A DNA stretch of 64,000 bases from a virus. Shown piece after piece: positions 53,360 through 62,000 of this stretch. Each line of letters opens with the position of its first letter. The first letter of the stretch is position 1. The position numbers were made by a program, and so were the translations under genes. The notes under the pieces are model-generated. The model searched no databases. It was not told the DNA's origin and saw only the letters and a program-made list of their open reading frames with translations. Location: the IMG/VR virus record IMGVR_UViG_3300042373_001362, positions 1-64,000 of that record; one strand, written 5' to 3'.

Positions 53360-55438
53360 ATGGCATGGAACGCTTCAACGAACAAGTCGCTGAATAATCA
53401 AGCACAAAAAGACATTGGACCTGGAGCACCAGTAGCCCAAAATCCTGGCTATGCAGGCAAGCCGTACAGGGACTCCTGGGATATTGAGCGTGCCTATAGA
53501 GAAGGCATGCAGAAGGTTACATGGGTGTCTAGGTGTATCGATGCCATTGCTGGAAACCAGGCAAGACTGCCGATAATACTCAGAAAAGACAACTCACCTA
53601 ATGGTGAAATTCTTTCAATCAGAGAGTCAAAAAAGACAAATCTTCTTAATATTCTAAACTCAAAGTCTAATGTTGGAGAAAACTCCTACATTTTTAGGTA
53701 CAGGCTTTCTGCTCAGCTGATGCTTGGTACTAGGGGTGCTTTTATTGAAAAAGTAAGAGGACGAGACGGCGGAATAATTGGCCTCAACCTATTACCTCCT
53801 CAGTCAACCTCCCCAATACCAGACCCTAAAAAGTTTGTTTCTGGCTACGAAGTTCAAATGCCCACAGGAAACAAGGTCTACCTGAAGCCAGAAGACGTTT
53901 GCTGGGTGAGAAGACCTCACCCAATCGACCCATACTTGTCACTGACCCCATTGGAGGCCTGTGGCGTTGCGATTGAAATAGAAAACCTGGCAAAGCTTTA
54001 CAACAGAAACTACCTATTAAACGACGGTAGACCGGGTGGTTTGCTTGTTCTTCGTGGAGAAATCGACGACGACGACAAAGAAGAATTGAGAAGCCGTTTC
54101 CGTGGAAACCTTTCACGCGCTGGATATACCTCTGTAATCGCTTCCGACGACGGTGTTGACTATGTTGACACTTCAGCAAACCCAAGAGACGCTGCGTACA
54201 TACAGATGCGGCAAATAACAAAGGAGGAAATCCTTGCTTCATTTGGTGTTCCAGAGTCGGTTATCGGTAATGCTGCTGGTAGAACTTTTAGCAACGCTTC
54301 GGAAGAAATTCGTGTCTTTTGGATGGAGACGATGCTTCCCCATTTGGAGATTCTTTCACGGGCTCTAGATGAACTAGATGAAGACAACTATGTTGACTTC
54401 AATGTTGACCAAGTGCCCATTTTGATGCTTTACGAGCAGGAGCGCCACCGCTACTTGATGGACGAATTCAACGCAGGTCTTATCAGCAATAACGAGTACA
54501 GAATAGGCTCAGGTCGCAAAGAAACAGAAAGCGACCTTGCTGACTCGCTCTTGGCTAATCCAAACCTTATTCCTATTGCAAATACGAAGAAGAAGATGGA
54601 AGAGCCTTCTCAAGCTCAGGTTCCAGGTGCACCAGGACAGCCTGGAATGCCCGGAATGCCCCCTGGGGCACCCGGAATGCCCCCAATGCCCGGAATGCCT
54701 CCAGCACCAGGACAACAGCCACCGCTCGACCCAAATACGATGGCTGGGGCAATGGCAGAAGTATCTGGAGCACAGCCAGGCGGAGAACTGGCGCAATCAC
54801 CAATTCCAGGAATGCCTCCAGGAATGATGACCGGAGCAGAGCCAGTACCTCCAGGTGCTACTTCTGCTGAGTCGCCAACCATAATGACAAAAGATGCTCT
54901 TGAAGCGATTTCCCAAAAGCAAGAAATCGAAAGATGGGAAGAGATACTTGTCAGAAGCATGGAAAGAGTCATGGAAAGACAGCAGCGTGTTGTTCTTGAG
55001 AAGTCAAGTGGAGCAAAAGCAAAGAAGGCTTTGTTTGCTGGAACCCTAGATATCCCATCCGTGCTTCACTCGGAGACATGGGACAGACAATTTGATGAAG
55101 ACATTAGGCCAGTAATTACAGCCATCGTCAAAGAGTCGTTGAAAGCATCTACATCAATCGAGAAAAAGTCCGCGAAAAGTTGGGAAGTAGAGTCTGACAT
55201 CATTGCTCAAGTCGATTCTCAAATGTTACGAATCAAGAGCTTGAACCAGGATTTGACAGAGGAAATTACTTCCCTCATGTTGTCTTCTCTGAATGTTTCT
55301 GACGAAGACCAGCGAGCTGGCGCTTTTAGGTCAAACATCGTGTCTTTGTATACAAATGTGTTGGCAAAACGGCTTCCGGAGATAGCTAGCGAGGAATCTA
55401 GGCGTGCCTGGACTTACGGAAAATTCATCGCTAGATAG
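53360..55438 (+). CDS. HK97-family portal protein with Pro/Gly/Met linker and helical C-terminal extension
   Basis: VSRCIDAIA, SLTPLEA, NDGRPGG, ILASFGVP, TFSNA, NEYR. Confidence 0.9.
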   Translation: MAWNASTNKSLNNQAQKDIGPGAPVAQNPGYAGKPYRDSWDIERAYREGMQKVTWVSRCIDAIAGNQARLPIILRKDNSPNGEILSIRESKKTNLLNILNSKSNVGENSYIFRYRLSAQLMLGTRGAFIEKVRGRDGGIIGLNLLPPQSTSPIPDPKKFVSGYEVQMPTGNKVYLKPEDVCWVRRPHPIDPYLSLTPLEACGVAIEIENLAKLYNRNYLLNDGRPGGLLVLRGEIDDDDKEELRSRFRGNLSRAGYTSVIASDDGVDYVDTSANPRDAAYIQMRQITKEEILASFGVPESVIGNAAGRTFSNASEEIRVFWMETMLPHLEILSRALDELDEDNYVDFNVDQVPILMLYEQERHRYLMDEFNAGLISNNEYRIGSGRKETESDLADSLLANPNLIPIANTKKKMEEPSQAQVPGAPGQPGMPGMPPGAPGMPPMPGMPPAPGQQPPLDPNTMAGAMAEVSGAQPGGELAQSPIPGMPPGMMTGAEPVPPGATSAESPTIMTKDALEAISQKQEIERWEEILVRSMERVMERQQRVVLEKSSGAKAKKALFAGTLDIPSVLHSETWDRQFDEDIRPVITAIVKESLKASTSIEKKSAKSWEVESDIIAQVDSQMLRIKSLNQDLTEEITSLMLSSLNVSDEDQRAGAFRSNIVSLYTNVLAKRLPEIASEESRRAWTYGKFIAR

Positions 55439-55536
55439 TTTTAGTATTTAGTTTTAGTAAACGACGCTAAAAACCTGAATACTTGCGGTTTCCATTGGTA
55501 TTTTCGTTTATTATCGAAGAAGACACAAGGAGTCAC

Positions 55537-56058
55537 ATGTCCTCTTCTAATAAAAAATCCGACATTCAGTACAAGGCTGCACCGCAAGGAATGGTGAATT
55601 TAGACGAGGCCCAAGGCATCGTCGAATGTTTTGTCGCTGGGATAGGCAACAAAGACTCTGTTGGTGACGTTTGCGCACCAGGAGCTTTCGGCAAGAGCCT
55701 TACCAGAAGGAAGCCACGAGTCGTATGGGGACACAACTGGAACGACCCCATTGGCAAGGTCATCGATATGTACGAGGTTCCACCCAACGACCCTCGTTTG
55801 CCAGCAAAGATGAAGGCTGCAGGAATTGGCGGTCTTTATGCTCGCGTTCAATTCAACCTTATGTCGGAAAAGGGTCGTGAGGCGTTTGCCAATGTTGCTT
55901 TCTTTGGTGAAGAGCAAGAGTGGTCTATTGGTTACAAAACAATCAATGCAAAATTTGACCCACAGATGCAAGCAAACATTCTTTATGAAGTAGAGCTTTA
56001 TGAGGTGTCTCCAGTTCTTCATGGTGCAAACCAGTTGACAGGAACAATTTCAGTAAAG
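55537..56058 (+). other. HK97-type prohead protease domain
   Basis: D..GD...PGAF, WGHNWNDPIG (His 55732), EWSIGY (Ser 55924), LYEVSPVLHGAN. Confidence 0.9.
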
Positions 56059-59000
56059 TCGGAAGAGCAGCCATCTGGCGTTTCAGTAATTAATGCACCA
56101 AGCATTGATGGATTAAACGTAAATGAGCTTTCTTCTATTCTTGATGCACTCAAGGCTATTTCTTCTTCCGTTTCAGAAGACGAAAAGTGTGGACCAGGAA
56201 TGATGCCACAGGGAATGCCAGGAATGCCTTCTGGTGGACCAGGCATGCCTTCTGGGCCAAAGCCAATGCATACACATACCCCTGGTGCAGCACCAAGAGA
56301 AGTTGTTAAGCCACAAATTCCATCCATGCCAGAAAACCCAATGACCGTAGCGCTTCGCCGCGAACTTGCGACTCGCACCGGCTCAAACGTAATCGTGCGT
56401 TCAGCAAGCGACAGTGTCGTTGTTTTTGACAGAGTGCTGGCTGACGGAACGTCAAGCACATACAGACTGCCTTTCCATTATGCCGGTGGAGAGTTTATGT
56501 TTGGCAAACCAGAAAAAGTTCAGTCTCAAGCAAACTACGTCCAAGATTCTCCTTTGTCTGAAATCATGGTTGAAGCGCTTCTTTCTGGCCCCACTGCAGG
56601 CGCAGAAAAGTCTTTAATCTCTTTTGATGACCAAGAGTGGGGTGAAGGATTTGGGCAATCAATTCCGTCACAGCAAGTTGATGCTTCAACTTTGAATAGC
56701 GTTATCGCTAATCTTCAAAAAATAATCGAGCAGAAATCTGAATATGTTGTTCAAGTTGCTCCAGAACATGCTTTTGAAGTAAAGCAAGCGATAGACCCAA
56801 TTCTTGATTTCTACAAGGTTGACGCAACCATCAATGAAGATGGAATTGTTGTTAAGTCACTCAATGAAGACTTTTTGAACGCTCTTGACATCGCCACAAA
56901 AGGCGTATTACGCAGTCTTGGCAACCTTGCGGGTAGAGCAATAGACCGCCCTAATATTGGCAGAAACAGAAGAGACAGAACACCCAACCTTGCATCACGA
57001 GGCCCTGGAATTGGTTCACGAGGAGCGGTAGTAAGACTCCGTGATGGAAGCATGTGGGACCCAAAAAACGCACCGGATAGAAACCGTAATGGCATTGTAG
57101 GTGAAGGCCTCTTTGACAGTAGCGGAAGGTCGTTGGCACAGCCAGACCCAACACCAGAGGGGCCAGATTCTATCCGGGGAGCAAAGACACCAAAGTCACC
57201 GCAGACCCCTAAAAGGCAAGCAGCGGCTGCCGCAAAAAGAAACGCTACTGTAAAAAGAACTTCTGGGCAGCCCCAGAAAGCAAGGCAGCGTCTTTCTTCA
57301 GGCGGAATTGACCAAGAAGTTGACGATACACCAATGCTTGAGGAGAAGTTCAAGAAGGAAGTCTCTGGCTTTTTGTCTGAAATAGGAACAAACCGTAATG
57401 AGATAGAAAACATTCTTGACCTGTGGGAAAACAACGATGCAGACCATGACAAGTACATGGAAGAGCATGGAGCTGGTTCAAAAAACTTTGCTGAAAACGT
57501 GGCTTATGCAGCGTCAGCAATGTACGAAGACTACATCTCTGATGCGGGAGATAGGCAGGCTGACCGTCGTGCCGAGGGAGGGCGTTTCTCGTCTGGCGAG
57601 TGGACAAAAATTCCTGGTGTTGGCTATGAGATGGATGCCCCAGACATCGAAGGTGCTTACGAAATCCAAGAAGGCCTTGATGGGAAGTTCTATGTAGTTA
57701 GATTCTCTGATGGCAACCGCAACGGTGGTCAGGACATGACCGAATACGAACATGACAAGCCTTTCTCTACTCTTGCAGCAGCAAAGAAGTGGGCTGAAAA
57801 AGACTATGCACAAGCAGCGGACGAGTACATGCCAGATGAAGAAATGCCAGATGGTGATGCATCCGAAAGACTGAATAGCCTTGTTGCTCCAGAACTACCA
57901 AGCCTTGACGGCATGGACGAGTCTGAAGCAGATGAAGCCTTGCAAAACTTTAGTGACGAAATGTTCAGCTTTGTTAACGAGACAGAGAACATTGCCAGAG
58001 AAGTACTAGGTGACGACGAATACAACAAGAGATTTGGCGGAGCAGTGCCCCTCATTGAAGAGATTTCAAAGAGGCACGATGGAAGCATTGAGCAGCGTGA
58101 TATTGCTCTAGAAAATGCCTTTGACCAAGCAGAGAGGTTTAACAACTCTGTTAACGGTTCACTTGGCGGCGGAAGATTCTCTTCTGGTCAAATCGACTTC
58201 GACAAGATAGGTGAATCAGGTCTCAGGGAAATGCGCCATGTTGAGCGCAACCCTCTTAGATTTGATACACAGGCAGACAAAGATGCACGCGCTGCGTACG
58301 AACGGGTTGTAGCAAACTTTAGAGCAAACAACGGTTTCTTCCGTGAAGTGCCCATGTATGCAGGTGATAAAAAGTGGCACAGCGAAGACTGGTTCCGTGG
58401 CCGCGAGATGGCAGAAAACGTTGCCACCTTGCGATTTGGCGACCCGATTGACCAAATGCCGTTCTTCGATAAACCAGGAAAGCCATCAAAAAGAGAATTC
58501 TTCGAGAGAACTACGGCTGTTGATTACAAGTCCTGGTATATGACCAAAATTCCAGCCATGACGCAAGAGCTGGACAGAGTGCTTGCTTCCGACGCCTATT
58601 CAGATGAATACAAAGAAGCATTCCTAGAAGGAATGAGGACATTCTTCTACGTGAATAGGCCAAACCTTCAGTACGCTCCGAAAGATACACAGGCGCAGTA
58701 TGAAGAGTGGCTTCAGCGGTCAGGTCTCGGCTGGAAGGGTAGATACTCTACTTCTGGTCCAAAATTTGAAGACCTTGACGACACGGGAAGATTTTCTTCT
58801 GGTGCTAAAGACAAAAAAACAATCAATTCGTATGACAACTCGGAAGACCTTAAATCGGCGATGTTTAGCGCATTGTGGACAAACGGTTCACGTGACGAAA
58901 TAAACAACATGACAGCTGAAGAGCTGGCTGAAATACTAAGCGTAAATCCAGAATGGGTTGAACCTCTTCTTGAAGACACTAAAAAATACACAATCGAGGC

Positions 59001-62000
59001 AATGGACGATTATGATAAGTATTTATCTTCTCTTCCTGAGCCAACTGATGAAGAGATAAACCAGGAGTACCAAGAGTGGTTGTCGCGACAGGCTGGCGCA
59101 GACTACGCACAGGGCATGACTGTTAGAGACAAATTCCAGGACATGACCGACGAAGAGGCTGCAGACTACGCTGCATGGCTCGACGAAGAAACATGGAGAG
59201 ACAGAGACGATAGGTTCTCCTCGGGAGGAGGCAAAACACCTGAAGAGCGTCTTGAAGAATACAACAGAAGAAGTGCAGAAAAGAACGCAGTTCTTGAAAA
59301 GATGACTCCCGAAGAGCTAGAAGAATACGCTCGTGAATGGAATGAAAGTCATGTTGAAGATGTTCGTCTTTCATCTGGTTCAACAAATAGACCAAAGTCT
59401 ACAAAAACCGGAGAAGAATTTATTGGCCGTAGCTATGGTCTTCATGATTTCTTTGTCTACGACGAAGAAGACGATTTTGAAAACATCGACAAAGCTATTG
59501 TAGATTCGCTTCTTAAGAACGAAAGAATAACCCTTGATGACCTTTTGCTTGAAGTGCGAGGTATTAAGGACCCTGACCTTAGCGGAGAGGCATTGGTCCG
59601 CAGGCCGGACTATATGGGCGCAAACGCAAGGCGTGTTGCTGAAGCCGTTGCAAACAACACATCCGTTAATCCATCGCTGGCCAACCAGAAAGCCGGAAGA
59701 GAAGACATACTTCACTTTAGGTACAACGGTAAGCAGCGCTCCATATACCCAGAGACTTTTTCAACAAGCAAAAAGGGTGTTGGTTATTTTGTTGGATGGG
59801 ACGAAACCGCAGATAACGGCAACGGTGCATACAGAAGTTTCAATGTAGACAAAATAGAAGGTCTTATATCTAGCGCAATACCTCCACATGTAGACAGAGC
59901 AGCAAGGTATACCGATTATTCATGGAACATAACTGACTTCTCTGATGAAGATAATCAAAAAATTCTTGAACAGATGCGACGCACTAAAGAGTTCAGGGTT
60001 CTTGATGACGCGCAAGACCTGATAGACGATGAGGTGAGCGCAGGAGGCACAAGAGTTGCAGGCTCGACTCTTGATATTGCGGAAAAAGAAGCCCAAGCAG
60101 CTTTCCAGGATGCTCGCAATAGACAAATCGACAAGATGGTTGCCGACGGCAAAATTAAGCCGCTATCAAGAGATAGTAGATTCTCTTCAGGAATGGTTAA
60201 CGACGGTCTTCCAGACGGATACTGGGACACCGCAGACGACATGGCAGATTCTTATGGTGATAGAGAAGACTATACAGACGCAAGATTCTCCTCTGGTGGA
60301 ATGCCAAGCACCAAAGAGCAAGCAGACCTAATAGCGTTTGCTAGGTCAAAGCCTGGCACTTTTACAGACAGTGTTGTTTCTCAATTTGACAGAAATAGAA
60401 GACTGTCAGAAAAGCAATGGGACGCAATACGCAGAATGATGCGCGGCGCATCTGGTGGTAAGGCTGCTCCAAAAGCAGATAAACCAACTGCTCGTTTTTC
60501 TGGAAAGCGTCGTCAAATTGTAGATATTGCCGATATTGAAAAGTATGACTACCCAGAGCTTCCTGCAAAGATAAAGCCAACACCGGAACAAGACAGAGCT
60601 ATCGATGCGATGATGACTGGTGCAGACGTAAAGATTGGTGCTTTAGCAGCAACAGGAAAGACGACAACCGTTATCAACTTTGCTAACCGTCTTAAGGCTA
60701 AAGAGCCAGACGCAAGGGTTGTCTATCTCGTGTTTAACAGAAACGCAAAAGACGACGTAGAAAAGCGTGGAATGCCAGGAAACGTTTCTGTCTCAACGAT
60801 GGACGGAATTGCTTACAGAGCAATGGACGCTATCAACCCAGAAATGACCAAGAAGAGCTTTGACAAAAAAGAGGGCCACATAAAGCCAATCAACTCTTTC
60901 AAAGATAGGGCTAAGTATCTTGGTACAAAGGGAATGGTTTCCCAAGGCGAAGAATTGACCGATGTTGATGTTTATAGAATCGTAGCTAAAGCGATAGATG
61001 CCTATTCAATAAGCGACGACAAGGAAATTGGACCACAACACTTTACTGGCCCATACAACGGTTCATACAGGGTGACAGACACTTCATTGCTTCCTGAGTT
61101 GCTTAAGTATGCAAACAAGATGTGGGAAGACATGAATCTTCCTAGAGTCAATGGTGCCACCAGGAAAGACCAAAAAGGAATGCTTCCTGTAAACAACACA
61201 CATCTAACAAAGATGTGGGCATTGACAAATCCAGACATAAGCGAAATTGCTGAAGTCAATGTGGCAATGGTTGACGAAGCTCAAGACATGAACCCAGTTT
61301 TTGCTGGAATATTGAGGAACTCAAACCTTCAGAAAATCTACATTGGTGACACAAACCAGGCAATTAACGCATGGCGTGGAGCAGACGGAACAACGCTTGC
61401 AAATGTAGAAGCAACATACGACATGCCAATTACTGATTCGTTCAGATTCGGCAAGAACGTAGCGAACATGGGCAACAGATTCCTTTCGCTTCTCAATACA
61501 AAAGAGCGCATGACCGGAAGAAAGACAGACAAGTCTGGAAATCCTGTTGACGGAAGAATTGGACAAGTTGATAACCCAACAATGATTTTGACACGCTCTA
61601 ATGGCGGAGCTATCGCTGCAACCATGGAAGTGTTTGCAGATGGTGGAATTGTTTACGGAAGCCAAAACTTCAAGAGAGATTTGGAGAACTTCTTAAACAA
61701 CATCGAATGGATGCAGAATGCCCAAAAGGGCAAACCGTTCTATACAGACGTATATGGAAAGAAAGTATTTTCAGCTCCTGAGTTCAGTCAAGACCTTGAC
61801 GGAATTACAAACATTGCAGACTTCAATAAGGCTATTGAAAAGGGCGATGACAACAGACTGAACATGCTTTCTAAGCTGATGAACGAATACTCGCTTGAAG
61901 ACTTGAGAGAATCTCTCAATAACATCATTACAGACAAAAACAAGCTTCCAAAGAATCGTGACGAGTATGTCCACATCCAGACAGCCCACACATCAAAGGG

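Noticed and set aside
57700-60504. Near-motifs RFSDG (~57700), RYSTSG (58741) and RFSG (~60493)
   Set aside because: Imperfect matches, not counted among the 13; they may be degenerate sites
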